This document shows, in pieces, positions 1 through 11,895 of a stretch of DNA of 64,000 bases. The stretch covers positions 4,256,001-4,320,000 of the forward strand of contig OY970067.1 in assembly GCA_963705305.1 (NCBI GenBank), read 5' to 3'. Every line of letters begins with the position of its first letter. Position 1 is the stretch's first letter. The position numbers and the translations under genes are program-made. Origin of the DNA: an uncultured Methylomirabilota bacterium. Lineage in GTDB: Bacteria; Methylomirabilota; Methylomirabilia; Methylomirabilales; 2-02-FULL-66-22. Under the pieces are notes generated by a model. That model made no database searches and was not told where the DNA came from. It worked only from the letters and a program-made list of their open reading frames with translations.

Positions 1-74
1 CCTCCTTCCGGTCGACGCCGAGCGCCGCCTCGCAGCCGCCCGGCAGGGGTGCGCAGCGCTCCGGCCCCTGAGTC

Positions 75-1268
75 TCAGCGTCCCTCGGTCTTGCCGGCCC
101 CGCTGCCGGTCGGAGCGGCCCACACCTGCTCGAACCATCCCTGCACGTCTCCGCCCGGCTTGGCGACATAGACCACGTAGGGCGATCTCACCAGGTCGCC
201 GCTCTTGTCCCAGCGCTGCCGTCCCAGCACCCCGTCGAAGGCGGTGGCGTGGATCGCCCGGATGACCTTCTCCAGCTCTTCGGGGCTGTTGTTCCGCGGC
301 CGCCCCACAAGAATGGCGTGCAGCAGAACGCTCACCGCGTCGTAGGTGGTCAGGACGTACGGTCCCAGCGATCCGTACTCCAGCTCGAACCGGTGAATGA
401 CCGCCTGCGCCGCGGGAAGCCGCTGCGGGTCGGGGGCGAAGGTCAGGTAGGTTCCCTTGGCGGCCTCTTCCCCCGCGATCTTGACGAATTCCGCGTCGAG
501 GGCCGCGTCGTCGCTGACGAAGGAGGCCGTGAGCCCGGCCTGCCGCATCTGCCGGACCAGAAATCCGGCCTCGCGGAAGACCCCGCCAAAATAGACGGCA
601 TCAGGCTTCAGGGCGGCCATCTGCGCCGCCAGCTCGCGGAAGTTCCGATCTCCCTGCGCGATCTCCTCGACCGCCAGGATGCGGGGCCCCCTGCGGCGCT
701 CCAGGGCGCGGATGAAGGCCTCCGCCAGCATGCGGCCGTATTCGGTGCGGTCGTGCACCACCACGATGCGCTGCGCGCGCAGTCGGAGCAGCACGAACTC
801 GGCCGCCGTGAGCGCCTGCTGGTCGTCGCGGCCCGTCACCCGGAAGACGTTGTCGAATCCCTGCATGGTGAGGCGCGGGTTCGTGGAGGTGGGGCTGACC
901 ATGGGGATGCCCGCCTGGTGGTACACGGCCGAGGCGAGAATGGACGAGCTGGAGTAGAAATGGCCGACGACGCCCCACACCCCGTCCTGCACCAGCTGCT
1001 CGGCCGCGCGCTTGGCCTGGCGGGCGTCGAACTCGTCCTCCTTGACCAGCAGCGCGACCTGGCGTCCGAGCGGGCGGCTCCAGTCGCCGACGGCCATCCC
1101 GGCCGCCCGCCGCATGCTCTCCCCCACGCCGCCCATCTCGCCCACCATGGGGACCACCAGGCCCAGCGTGACGGGGGCCGGATTCGCAGCGCCGGCCGGA
1201 GCCGCCGCACATGCGGCCAGCATCATGCTGAGCAGCGCACACGGCCAGCCCAGGCGGTTCCTCCTCAT
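75..1268 (-). CDS. Branched-chain amino acid ABC transporter substrate-binding protein (LivJ/LivK-like)
   Basis: ATG at 1268 (MRRNRLGWPCALL... signal peptide); motifs VVGHFYSSSS, SPTSTNPRLT, FRVTGRDDQQ, YDAVSVLL typical of periplasmic binding protein type 1. Confidence 0.9.
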   Translation of the reverse strand: MRRNRLGWPCALLSMMLAACAAAPAGAANPAPVTLGLVVPMVGEMGGVGESMRRAAGMAVGDWSRPLGRQVALLVKEDEFDARQAKRAAEQLVQDGVWGVVGHFYSSSSILASAVYHQAGIPMVSPTSTNPRLTMQGFDNVFRVTGRDDQQALTAAEFVLLRLRAQRIVVVHDRTEYGRMLAEAFIRALERRRGPRILAVEEIAQGDRNFRELAAQMAALKPDAVYFGGVFREAGFLVRQMRQAGLTASFVSDDAALDAEFVKIAGEEAAKGTYLTFAPDPQRLPAAQAVIHRFELEYGSLGPYVLTTYDAVSVLLHAILVGRPRNNSPEELEKVIRAIHATAFDGVLGRQRWDKSGDLVRSPYVVYVAKPGGDVQGWFEQVWAAPTGSGAGKTEGR

Positions 1269-1300
1269 CCGATCCTCATCGAGAGAGTCCGCAGCGCCCG

Positions 1301-1937
1301 TCAGGCCGCGCCCACCTTGGCCGCCAGCACCCGCTCGCGAAAGGCCCGCGCCGCCCCGGCGATGTCCCGGGCCGCCACGACGGCGGAGATGACAGCCGGG
1401 GCCGTGGCGCCGGCCCGGATGACGCCGGCGACGTTGTCCAGGGTGATGCCGCCGATGGCCAGGATCGGCAGATCCACGGCGGCCCGGACCTCCCGCAGCA
1501 AGTCCAGGCCGCGCGGCGTGTAGCCTGTGTCCTTGGTGCCCGTCCCGAACATCGGCCCGAAGCCGATGTAGTCGGCTCCCGCCCGCGCCGCGGCATCCGC
1601 CTGCCGGCCGTCGTGGGTGGAGACTCCCAGCAGGCGCCCCTCCCCCAGCAGGCGCCGCGCCGCCTCGGCCGGCAGGTCCTCCTGGCCGACGTGGGCCCCA
1701 TCGGCCCCGGCGGCCAGGGCCAGGTCGACCCGGTCGTTCACGATGAAGGTGGCCCCGTGGGCGCGGCACAATGCGCGGATGGCCCGGGCCTGCCGCAGGA
1801 GGTCGTGCAGGTCCCCCCCTTGTCCCGAAGCTGGATCATGTCCGCCCCGCCGGCCAGCGCCTCGCGGGCCACAGCCAGATGATCCTTGCCCGGGGCCAGC
1901 AGCGCATCCGTGATCACGCACAGGTGCCAGGATCGCG

Positions 1938-1941
<4 letters not shown>
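1301..1941 (-). pseudogene. thiE: Thiamine-phosphate synthase, frameshifted at a G7 run (probably an assembly error)
   Basis: GTG at 1941 overlaps the accC stop. N-terminus (LCVITD...GGADMIQLRDK) is in one frame; the rest (IVNDRVDLALA, GAHVGQED, GVSTH, DYIGFGPMFGTGTK, AIGGI) is in another. One extra G at 1813-1819 would restore the frame. Confidence 0.88.
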
Positions 1942-3284
<1,343 letters not shown>

Positions 3285-3335
3285 GGGCAGGAATGGGCGC
3301 TCGAGGTTAGTGTTCCGAGTGTCGGCCCGCCGGCG

Positions 3336-3791
<456 letters not shown>

Positions 3792-3800
3792 CCCGCCCCC

Positions 3801-4364
3801 TCAGGCGCGCTCGATGTAGGCCCCCGTCCGCGTGTCCACGCGCAGCCGATCCCCCACATTGATGAAGAGGGGCACCTGGATGACCGCGCCGGTCTCCAGC
3901 GTGGCCGGCTTGGATCCCCCCGAGGCCGTGTCCCCACGGACGCCCGGCTCGGTCGCGGACACCGCCAGCTCCACGAACGTCGGCACCTCGACCGTGAGGG
4001 GCCTCCCCCCGTGGGAGACGATGGTCACCACCATCTCTTCCTTGAGGTACTTCTGCGCACCCCCCAGCTGATCCTCCGGCAGGAAGAACTGCTCGTAGGT
4101 CTCCGTGTCCATGAAGTGGTACTCGTCGCCGTTCCGGTACATGAATTGTACCTGCCGCTCGTCCAGCTCGGCCCGCTCGAGCTTCTCCTCCGTTCGGAAG
4201 GTGCGCTCGATGACGGCGCCCGTGCGGAGGTTCTTGAGCTTGGTCCGCATGAAGGCGCCGCCCTTGCCCGGCTTCACCCACTGGAAATCGGTGACGACGA
4301 ACGGGACGCTGTCCAGCTCGATTCTCACGCCTGGTCGCAAATCTCCGCCGAGGATCACTGCCAT
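3801..4364 (-). CDS. efp: Elongation factor P
   Basis: [40 protein letters not shown]. Confidence 0.97.
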   Translation of the reverse strand: MAVILGGDLRPGVRIELDSVPFVVTDFQWVKPGKGGAFMRTKLKNLRTGAVIERTFRTEEKLERAELDERQVQFMYRNGDEYHFMDTETYEQFFLPEDQLGGAQKYLKEEMVVTIVSHGGRPLTVEVPTFVELAVSATEPGVRGDTASGGSKPATLETGAVIQVPLFINVGDRLRVDTRTGAYIERA

Positions 4365-4407
4365 CTACCCCTCTGTCGCTCTCCCCCCCGAGCCCCAACC
4401 GGCCCGC

Positions 4408-5082
4408 TCACATCTCCCCCAGCTCATCCAGCGTCTGCCGCACCGCCTGCCGCATCTGGCCCCCGACCCCCTCGGAACCCGTCTCCAGTCCGCACACGAG
4501 ATCGCCGCGGCCGAAACCCAGGACCAGACGCCAGCCGGCCCCGCGCAGGCTCAGCGTACGCAGCTCGCCCCATCCGGATGTCTCCGCCACGGCGCGGACC
4601 TCGCGGACCACTCCGGCGCACTCTCCCGCCGCGGTCTCCGCGTCGCCCGGCCCCCCATGAGACGCCTGGGCCACGAGCATGCCTTCGCGATCCATCACAA
4701 ACGCCGATCGCCCTCCCCGGACCCCTTCGATCAGCCCGGTCAGCTTTGCGGTCATATTTCCCGTCACCGTCACCGGACCTCCGGCCGGCCCCCCGGCGCC
4801 TCTCGCCGAGCTTGAAGGCGTCTCGCCGGCTGCCGCCCCGTGCTGGCCCGTCGCCTTTCGCCCGTCCGCCCACCCCTTCCCGAGCTGCCGACGGATCGCC
4901 TCCGCCCGCGCCGCATCCCCTTGCGCTGCATAAAGCGCCGCCAGCGTGGGGCTGGCCAACGGATCCACCTCGGGCGCAGCCAGCCTGGCTGCAAGGGGCT
5001 CCCCGGTCTCGCCGAGGATGACAGCCGGGGGCTCGTCGCCTTCCCGCACTTCCGAGGATTCAGGTCCCGTCTTTTCAGTCAC
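4408..5082 (-). CDS. Roadblock/LC7-domain protein with an N-terminal TPR-like helix
   Basis: N-terminal SPTLAALYAAQG..A motif; C-terminal IEGVRGGRSAFVMDREGMLVA roadblock-like pattern; lies between aroB and efp. Confidence 0.6.
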   Translation of the reverse strand: MTEKTGPESSEVREGDEPPAVILGETGEPLAARLAAPEVDPLASPTLAALYAAQGDAARAEAIRRQLGKGWADGRKATGQHGAAAGETPSSSARGAGGPAGGPVTVTGNMTAKLTGLIEGVRGGRSAFVMDREGMLVAQASHGGPGDAETAAGECAGVVREVRAVAETSGWGELRTLSLRGAGWRLVLGFGRGDLVCGLETGSEGVGGQMRQAVRQTLDELGEM

Positions 5083-5148
5083 GGCTGAAGAGCGTGCGGC
5101 CGGGCATCGGGCATTGATCGCAGGAACGAACAGCCCGATTCCAACCGA

Positions 5149-6288
5149 TTACGACAAAGACTGGAGGGACTCCCGGATCTCCGTCAAGTCGGAAACCGGC
5201 GCGAGGGTAACACTTCCCACCCCACGTGTCAATACGAATTGGATCACTCCGTCCTGCATCTTCTTATCGCTAACTATGTATTTTTCCAACGATTCCAGCG
5301 GTGGAATGGGCGCCGAAAGGAGCCCGAGTTTGCCCAGCAGCACCCGCAACCGCCCGGCATCCGCCCGTGGGCACAGGCCGCGTCGGACTGACAGCTCCGA
5401 CGCGAGCAGCATGCCGAAGGCCACGGCCTCCCCATGGGTAACGTTTCCGTAGCCCAAGGCGGCCTCCAACGCATGGCCCACCGTATGGCCGAAGTTCAGA
5501 ATGGCGCGGATCCCCCCCTCTCGCTCGTCCGCCTCAACCACCCTCGCCTTGATGGCGCAGGAGCGCGCCACCAGCGGTTGCAGGACCGCGGGGTCTCGCG
5601 CCAGGATCCGGCCGGTTTCCACCTCCAGGCTGGCAAAGAGCCGCGCGTCCGCGATCATGGCGTGCTTGACGACTTCGGCCATGCCCGAGCGAAACTCCCG
5701 ATCCGGCAGGGTGCGCAGCGTCAGCACATCGGCCACCACCAGCCGAGGCTGATGGAAGGCCCCCACCAGATTCTTGCCTTCCGGGAGGTTGACGCCGGTC
5801 TTCCCCCCGATGCTGCTGTCCATCTGGGCCAGGAGCGTGGTAGGAAGGTTGATGAAGGGGATACCGCGGAACAGGATCGCGGCCACAAACCCCGCCAGGT
5901 CCCCGACGACCCCGCCGCCCAGGCCGAGAATCGCCGAGCCGCGATCCAGGCGGGCAGCGACCATCTCACGGGCCAGCCGGCCCGCCTCGTCCAAGGACTT
6001 GCTGGCCTCGCCCTCGGGGACGCAGGCGACATGGGTCTCGTAACCGGCAGCGGCCAGCGAATCCAACACCCGCGGCGCGTAGCGGAAGCTATCCAACAGG
6101 ATCGGATGCGTCACCAGCCCGAGGCGGCGCCCAACCCCGAGCGGCCGGATCAGATCCCCCAGCCTCTCCAGCAGGTTCACCCCGATATGGATCTCGTAGG
6201 AGCGGCTGGCCAGGTTCACCGGCACAACCTCCGATCCGGCCGGCGACCTGTCGGAGCCAATCATAGCGTGCGGATCGAGGGCGGTCAT
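5149..6288 (-). CDS. aroB: 3-dehydroquinate synthase (start uncertain)
   Basis: GGGVVGDLAGF, PTTLLAQMDSSIGGKTGVN, LNFGHTVGHALE, HGEAVAFGM. Confidence 0.96.
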   Translation of the reverse strand: MTALDPHAMIGSDRSPAGSEVVPVNLASRSYEIHIGVNLLERLGDLIRPLGVGRRLGLVTHPILLDSFRYAPRVLDSLAAAGYETHVACVPEGEASKSLDEAGRLAREMVAARLDRGSAILGLGGGVVGDLAGFVAAILFRGIPFINLPTTLLAQMDSSIGGKTGVNLPEGKNLVGAFHQPRLVVADVLTLRTLPDREFRSGMAEVVKHAMIADARLFASLEVETGRILARDPAVLQPLVARSCAIKARVVEADEREGGIRAILNFGHTVGHALEAALGYGNVTHGEAVAFGMLLASELSVRRGLCPRADAGRLRVLLGKLGLLSAPIPPLESLEKYIVSDKKMQDGVIQFVLTRGVGSVTLAPVSDLTEIRESLQSLS

Positions 6289-6477
6289 GGATGCTCCACC
6301 ACCTTGCTTGTCAAGAGCCCGCTGCGACGTGTCGATGCCGAATCGGCCCGGGCAGGGCCCCGAGCGGAGTCGCGGGGCCGAGAGATCGACACCCAGGATG
6401 CCCTTCCGTCATTCCGGCGCCATACACTAGCAGGGGACCGCCCTCTTGTCGACCCCATCGAGGCAACTTTGCCGTCT

Positions 6478-7347
6478 TCACTGCCCGCCCTTCCCCGCTT
6501 CCGACTCCGCATCTGCCCGCATCGGCTTTGCGGAAACGAAAAGGCGCATCCGGGGGAGCTCCGCCGGCGACACCGCCTGCATGCCGCTCCGGCCTCTGCC
6601 CGCAATTGCTTGATGAACCGCCTGGACGCGTGGGAGAAAGTCGTCGCAGTCCAGCCCCAGGACCTCCCCCCGAAACCCGGCCGTCTTGTCCAATCCCTTC
6701 GCCAGCTGATTGAGCGCCCCCTCATAGCTGCCCCGGACGGCGTGATGGAAGCCAACGCTGATCTGGATGATGCCCTGAAGAAACCGTCTCACCGGTCCTG
6801 CCGGCTCTGCCCACCAGACGCCTTCGAGGTACTCGTGAGCCTCGAAGAACAGTGCCGCGTTGAAGCACAGACCCGCCCGCAGCATGGCGTCGTGCAGCGG
6901 AGGCCGTCTGGCGGTGGTGCGGTCGATCGCTCGAAGCTCGGCGAGGACCTGCGCGTAGGCTCCCACCTGCCGCCGCAGCTCCTCCATGCCCGCGCCGACA
7001 GCCGGCCACAGCTCGACCGGGCAGGCGTCATCCCATCCCCCCGGTGGATCCGCTCCTGCGGGAGCGCCACCACCCCCCGCAGCGCGCAGGCGAAGCGGCC
7101 CGCCTGGCCCGACCAGGGGGGCCAGCGCCGCCCGCGGGTCGGCTGCCGGGAGCGCGGCCGCACTCCCGGCCTCGGCCAGATCCGCCATAGGTATCATCAG
7201 GGTGCCGCGCACCTCGCACACCCGAAAGTAGAGCCACAGCCAATCGATCGCGGTCCGTCCCTGAGGATGTTCCATGGCCGCCAGGAACAGCTCGATCAGG
7301 TGCCTTTGCACGCGGCGCGCGGCCGCGGAGATGCCATGGTCGCTCAT
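6478..7347 (-). CDS. DUF309-domain protein with N-terminal extension
   Basis: FNAALFFEAHEYLEGVW...FLQGIIQISVGFHH matches the DUF309 pattern. Confidence 0.75.
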   Translation of the reverse strand: MSDHGISAAARRVQRHLIELFLAAMEHPQGRTAIDWLWLYFRVCEVRGTLMIPMADLAEAGSAAALPAADPRAALAPLVGPGGPLRLRAAGGGGAPAGADPPGGWDDACPVELWPAVGAGMEELRRQVGAYAQVLAELRAIDRTTARRPPLHDAMLRAGLCFNAALFFEAHEYLEGVWWAEPAGPVRRFLQGIIQISVGFHHAVRGSYEGALNQLAKGLDKTAGFRGEVLGLDCDDFLPRVQAVHQAIAGRGRSGMQAVSPAELPRMRLFVSAKPMRADAESEAGKGGQ

Positions 7348-7469
7348 GTGTAGGAATGGAATACCACGCGAACCCGGCGCTGCAAAGCATGATTGTTCCG
7401 GCCGCGCGGGGCTCGAGGCCCTCAGGGCCGAAACTTGCGCCCCCCCGGTTGGCATCCTATACTCGAACC

Positions 7470-8072
7470 ATGAAGTACCGGTTGTTGCTTTCCGTCTCGT
7501 TGCAGCAACTCATAGCCTGGCTGATCGTGTATAAATATATGATTCTCTTTCCCATTCTGGTCTTCGAAGGGCCGATTACTACGGTGATTGCGGGATTTCT
7601 GGTCTCCCTAGGTCGCTTGAACTTCCTTATCGTCTATATCACCGCCGTGACGGCGGACCTCGTTGGCGACACTCTGTACTATCTGGTCGGACGATTCGGG
7701 CTCCCGCTGCTGGCATCCCGCTGGGGGGGCCATGTGCGGATGGACACGTCGCAAATCGAGCGGGTGAAGCGGCAGTTCGCCCGCCACGTCGGCAAGACAC
7801 TCCTAACCGGGAAGCTGACCCATGGTGTCGGCGGCCTGATCCTGTTTACCGCCGGGGCGGCCGAGATCCCCTATTCCACGTTCATGTGGTACAACACGCT
7901 GGGGACCCTCCTGAAGTCGATGGTGCTGCTTCTAGCCGGATTCTATTTCGGGCATGCCTATCAACGGATAAGCGATATCCTCGACGGTCTGGCGGCGGGC
8001 ACCGTAGCGCTCTTCCTGCTCGTGCTGACGGCGCTGCTCCTCCACAACAGGCGCCACGAGCGGAGGGCGTGA
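7470..8072 (+). CDS. DedA/VTT family membrane protein
   Basis: Hydrophobic; FEGPITTVIAGFL, ADLVGDTLYYLVGR, LLTGKLTHG, FMWYN. Confidence 0.85.
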   Translation: MKYRLLLSVSLQQLIAWLIVYKYMILFPILVFEGPITTVIAGFLVSLGRLNFLIVYITAVTADLVGDTLYYLVGRFGLPLLASRWGGHVRMDTSQIERVKRQFARHVGKTLLTGKLTHGVGGLILFTAGAAEIPYSTFMWYNTLGTLLKSMVLLLAGFYFGHAYQRISDILDGLAAGTVALFLLVLTALLLHNRRHERRA

Positions 8073-8264
8073 CGGGAAGGGGAACGGCGCGTCTGAAGCT
8101 GCAACCCGAATGGCCGGCGCGCGGCGCCGTCGTTCTTCGAGCGACCTCCAACGGCGGGCCCGCCTGCAGATATCCGGCGGTGGATGGGCGGCGCCCGACC
8201 GAGCAAGGAGGCCCTGACTCTCTGCGGGCGCAGGGGGACAGGGCCGTTGTCATTGGGCGTCCGC

Positions 8265-8933
8265 ATGGCGCACGCAATGAAAAACGTGAAGGCGATTGCC
8301 GACGAATACAGGGTGTGTCTGACCGACCACACGTTCCTCAGGTCGTTCAGCGTCGGCTTCCTCTACCTTCTCGGCAGCCTGATCATTAATTATCTGGCGG
8401 GCACCTATGCCTCTCTGCACGCCGGCAAGCCCGTGCGCGATCTCATCCTCGATCATGTCCCCACCTTCCAGGTCGACGATCTGTTCGTCTACGGCGCGTT
8501 CCTCATGTGGCTGTTCGTGCTGCTGGTCCTTCTCTACGCGCCCCGCACGTTTCCGTTTGTCTTCAAGGCCCTGGCCCTATTCATCGTCATCCGCTCCTTC
8601 TTCATTATCCTGACGCATATCGGTGGACCGGCGCACGAGGCCCTGCTGGACCCCAATCGAGTCTTCGACAAGCTCACCTTTTCAGGCGACCTGTTCTTCT
8701 CCGGACACACGGGATTCCCCTTCCTGCTTGCCCTCATTTTCTGGGAGAGTAAAATGCTTCGCGGGATCTTTCTCGTCTCTTCCGTCGTCTTTGCCCTGGC
8801 CGTGCTGATGGGGCACTTGCATTACTCGATTGATGTGTTTGGGGCGTTCTTCATCACCGACAGCATCTTCCGGATCGCGCAGCGCTTCTTCGCGCAGGAC
8901 TACGAGCGGCTGGCCGCGCAGGTGCGCTCCTGA
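8265..8933 (+). CDS. Sphingomyelin-synthase-like (PAP2_C) membrane phosphotransferase
   Basis: Multi-TM; GDLFFSGHTG and HLHYSIDV resemble the D3/D4 catalytic motifs of SMS/IPC synthases; start 8265 or 8277. Confidence 0.75.
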   Translation: MAHAMKNVKAIADEYRVCLTDHTFLRSFSVGFLYLLGSLIINYLAGTYASLHAGKPVRDLILDHVPTFQVDDLFVYGAFLMWLFVLLVLLYAPRTFPFVFKALALFIVIRSFFIILTHIGGPAHEALLDPNRVFDKLTFSGDLFFSGHTGFPFLLALIFWESKMLRGIFLVSSVVFALAVLMGHLHYSIDVFGAFFITDSIFRIAQRFFAQDYERLAAQVRS

Positions 8934-8944
8934 GACGCGGCCCG

Positions 8945-10231
8945 ATGTCCCGTCGCGGGAGGCATGAGCGCGTGAGCGCGGGCGGGCCGTTGCGCATCGC
9001 GATGTTCTCCGACAACTTCCACCCGGAGCTGAGCGGCATCTCCGACTCCATCCTGACGCTGGCCGGCGCGCTGGCGTCCGGCGGGCACCGCTTTCATCTC
9101 TTTGCCCCCCGGTACACCGGCCGGAATTACCAGCTGTTGGGATTGCCTCAGGCGGAGCTGGACTTGGGGCCCGCGATCCGTATCACCCGCTGCTCTTCCC
9201 TGCCCTACCCCACGGGGACGCGGCAAGGGCGGCTGGCGATCCCCACGGGACTCCGCTGGCGGGCCCTGCGGGCGTTTCGGCCGGATCTGATCCACGTGCA
9301 CCTGCCGTTTACGATGGGGATCGAGGGGCTCGTCGCGGCCAGGGCGCTCGGGGCGCCCCTGGTGGGCACGAACCACACGCCGATCTCCGAGTTCCTTCGC
9401 TACAGCCCCATTCGCGGGCGGTGGCTCGAGCGGCTGGCCAACCGGTACGTGGGCTGGTTCTACCGGCAGTGCGATTTCGTGAGCTCGCCGGCGCAGTCGA
9501 TCTTGACGGAAATGGCGGGGGCGCTCCGGCGCGTCCCCTCCCGCGCGATTTCCAACCCCATCCGCCTCGACGACTTCGGTCCGCTGCCGGACACGGGCGG
9601 CCTCAAGCAGAAATTCGGCTTTCCCCCGTTCACCGTCCTGTACTTCGGCCGCCTGGCTCCCGAAAAGCGCCTCGACCTCGTGCTGCGGGCCGTCGCGCAT
9701 TTGGCGCCGGACCTCCCGGACCTGGGGGTGGCCTTTGCGGGCAGGGGATCGGCGGAGCACCACCTGAAAGCGCTCTGCCGCGCGCTCGGCCTGGATGCCC
9801 GGGTGAAGTTCCTGGGATTCGTCCCCGAGCTTTCGACGGTCGTCGAGATCTACAACGCGGCCGACGTGTTCGTCATGACCAGCACCGCGGAAACGCAGAG
9901 CATCTCGACCATGCAGGCGATGGCCTGCGGGCTGCCCGTGGTCGGGGTGCGCGCCTGGGGGCTCCAGGAGTACATCAATCCGACCAACGGGATCCTGATC
10001 GATCCGGGGGACGAGCGCGCCCTGCGGGAGGCGCTGCTCTCCCTGCACACCGATCCCGCCGCCAGGGCGCGGCTGGGACAAGGCGGCCAACGCTGCGTGA
10101 AGGCCTATTCGGTTCCGGCTATCGCCGCGGAATGGGAGGGGGTGTATCGCATGGTGCTGGATCGCTTTCAGGGACAGCCGGGGAACGAGGCTGGAGCCGC
10201 CTCTCCTCCCGGCGCCGGGAGACCCGTTTGA
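8945..10231 (+). CDS. Glycosyltransferase family 4 (diacylglycerol glucosyltransferase-like)
   Basis: IAMFSDNFHPELSGIS, VGTNHT, YFGRLAPEKRLD, ETQSISTMQAMACGLPVV. Confidence 0.9.
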   Translation: MSRRGRHERVSAGGPLRIAMFSDNFHPELSGISDSILTLAGALASGGHRFHLFAPRYTGRNYQLLGLPQAELDLGPAIRITRCSSLPYPTGTRQGRLAIPTGLRWRALRAFRPDLIHVHLPFTMGIEGLVAARALGAPLVGTNHTPISEFLRYSPIRGRWLERLANRYVGWFYRQCDFVSSPAQSILTEMAGALRRVPSRAISNPIRLDDFGPLPDTGGLKQKFGFPPFTVLYFGRLAPEKRLDLVLRAVAHLAPDLPDLGVAFAGRGSAEHHLKALCRALGLDARVKFLGFVPELSTVVEIYNAADVFVMTSTAETQSISTMQAMACGLPVVGVRAWGLQEYINPTNGILIDPGDERALREALLSLHTDPAARARLGQGGQRCVKAYSVPAIAAEWEGVYRMVLDRFQGQPGNEAGAASPPGAGRPV

Positions 10232-10280
10232 GGCTGCGGCGGCCGCGCCGCGATTTCGCCGAGGCGTGAGGTGCCCTGCG

Positions 10281-11048
10281 ATGAAGATCAGCTTCGCCAT
10301 CCCTGCTTACAACGAGGCGGCCAATATCGGGAAGTGCCTCGAGTCCATCCTGCGGGAGAGTGCCGGAAGGGCCGGAACCGAGATCCTGGTGGTGGACAAC
10401 GCCAGCACGGACGGGACGGGCGAGACCGCCCGGCGCTTTCCGGGCGTGACGGTCGTCGCGGAGCGCAGAAAGGGGATCACCTTCGCGCGGCAGGCCGGCC
10501 TGACGGCAAGCCACGGGGATCTGGTCGCCAACATCGACGCGGACACCATGCTCACACCGGGGTGGATCGACACCGTGCTGGCGGAATTCTCGCGGGATCC
10601 GCGACTGGTGTGCCTCAGCGGCCCATTCATCTTCTGCGATGCCTCGCGCTGGGTCCGGTTCTGGACCCGCCTCTTCTATTGGGCCGGCTTCGGAACCTAC
10701 CTGATCAACCGGTTCGTGATCCGAGGCGGGTCAATGGTTCAAGGAGGGAATTTCGTCTGCCGGAAGTCCGCGCTGGAGACCGCGGGGGGGTTCGACACCC
10801 GCATCGATTTCTACGGGGAAGATACCGACATCGCCCAACGCCTTCACCGGGTGGGGCGCGTCAAGTGGACATTTCGGCTGCCCATGTTCGCGTCGGCGCG
10901 GCGGCTCAAGGCCGAGGGCGTGGTCGCAACCGGGATGCGCTACACGTTGAACTATTTTTGGATTCTGCTCTTCAAGCGGCCGTTCACCAAGCGCTCGACC
11001 GATATCCGCCCCGCTGACCATCCGGGCGGCCCGGCCGCGGCGGGCTAA
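10281..11048 (+). CDS. Glycosyltransferase family 2
   Basis: ISFAIPAYNEA, VVDNASTDGT, NIDAD, GGFD...YGEDTD, SARR. Confidence 0.92.
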   Translation: MKISFAIPAYNEAANIGKCLESILRESAGRAGTEILVVDNASTDGTGETARRFPGVTVVAERRKGITFARQAGLTASHGDLVANIDADTMLTPGWIDTVLAEFSRDPRLVCLSGPFIFCDASRWVRFWTRLFYWAGFGTYLINRFVIRGGSMVQGGNFVCRKSALETAGGFDTRIDFYGEDTDIAQRLHRVGRVKWTFRLPMFASARRLKAEGVVATGMRYTLNYFWILLFKRPFTKRSTDIRPADHPGGPAAAG

Positions 11049-11094
11049 CCTAGAGTGGAAAGTATTCTCCAACCGCCGTGCGGCATGAACACTC

Positions 11095-11182
11095 CATCTA
11101 ATACAGTAATACATTACATTAACTAATATTCATTACTATATAATAACACGCAATTATTATATTACATATCTGTGAAAAATTA
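11095..11182. other. Strongly AT-rich tract between convergent genes
   Basis: catctaatacagtaatacattacattaactaatattcattactatataataacacgcaattattatattacatatc... in an otherwise very GC-rich context. Confidence 0.8.
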
Positions 11183-11271
11183 GACACCAAGACACACACC
11201 TACGCTCAGGCTATTGGAACCGTAGGGCGAGGGGAAATACTGGAAGGTTGTCCGGCTAGCAGTGCTGCAGG

Positions 11272-11442
11272 TTAGCCCTGCTCCTTCTCGTGGAAGGCGC
11301 CGCACTTCTCGCAGACCTTCATCATCCGGGGGCGGGTCATGACCACCTGGGCCCAGATCAGCTCGCCACCGCACTGGCAGGTCCCGATGGACTTCCGCGC
11401 AGCACCCTGGCGAGCCACCTTCTGTACCTTGCTCTCAGCCAT
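11272..11442 (-). CDS. Small zinc-ribbon-like protein (56 aa)
   Basis: GGAAGGAG RBS before ATG 11442; CQCGG...VCEKCG. Confidence 0.65.
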   Translation of the reverse strand: MAESKVQKVARQGAARKSIGTCQCGGELIWAQVVMTRPRMMKVCEKCGAFHEKEQG

Positions 11443-11895
11443 TTCTAGCCGCTCCTTCCCGCTGCCTCGGGCAGCGTCTGTGGGCCCTGTAGGGCCCTTC
11501 CCACCAATTCGATCCCCATTCTGGCAAAAGGGTTCACGAGGACTCGATGGAAAAATCGCGGAATAATAGCCGGGTATTACCGTGCATGCAACAAAAAACT
11601 GACGTTCTTGCTCGCCCCGCAGCATAAGGCCTCCGCAGCCCCCCCCTCTGCACCCTACCCTTCGTCCGCGATAGAGGGGACATCGCCAGGGCTCATGACG
11701 AGCCCACCACATTGCTCCTTCCCCCGTCTCCGGCCCTCCTGCTGCCTCTCCGCACTGGTCCTCGCCCCTTTTTCCTTGACACTCAACAGGAAAATGGGAG
11801 AGTAATCGCCTCTGGAACGCGCGGGTGAGACGCGTCGCTCCGCAGAGCCGGCGCGTTGGCCGTGAGGTGCCGTCTTTACAGAAGGAGGAAAGACG

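Noticed and set aside
1269..1769. N-terminal extension of the 564-aa ORF
   Set aside because: Alternative frame of thiE; the binding protein starts at 1268 with a signal peptide.
11095..11182. Replication origin
   Set aside because: No clear DnaA-box cluster and no dnaA, rep or par genes nearby.
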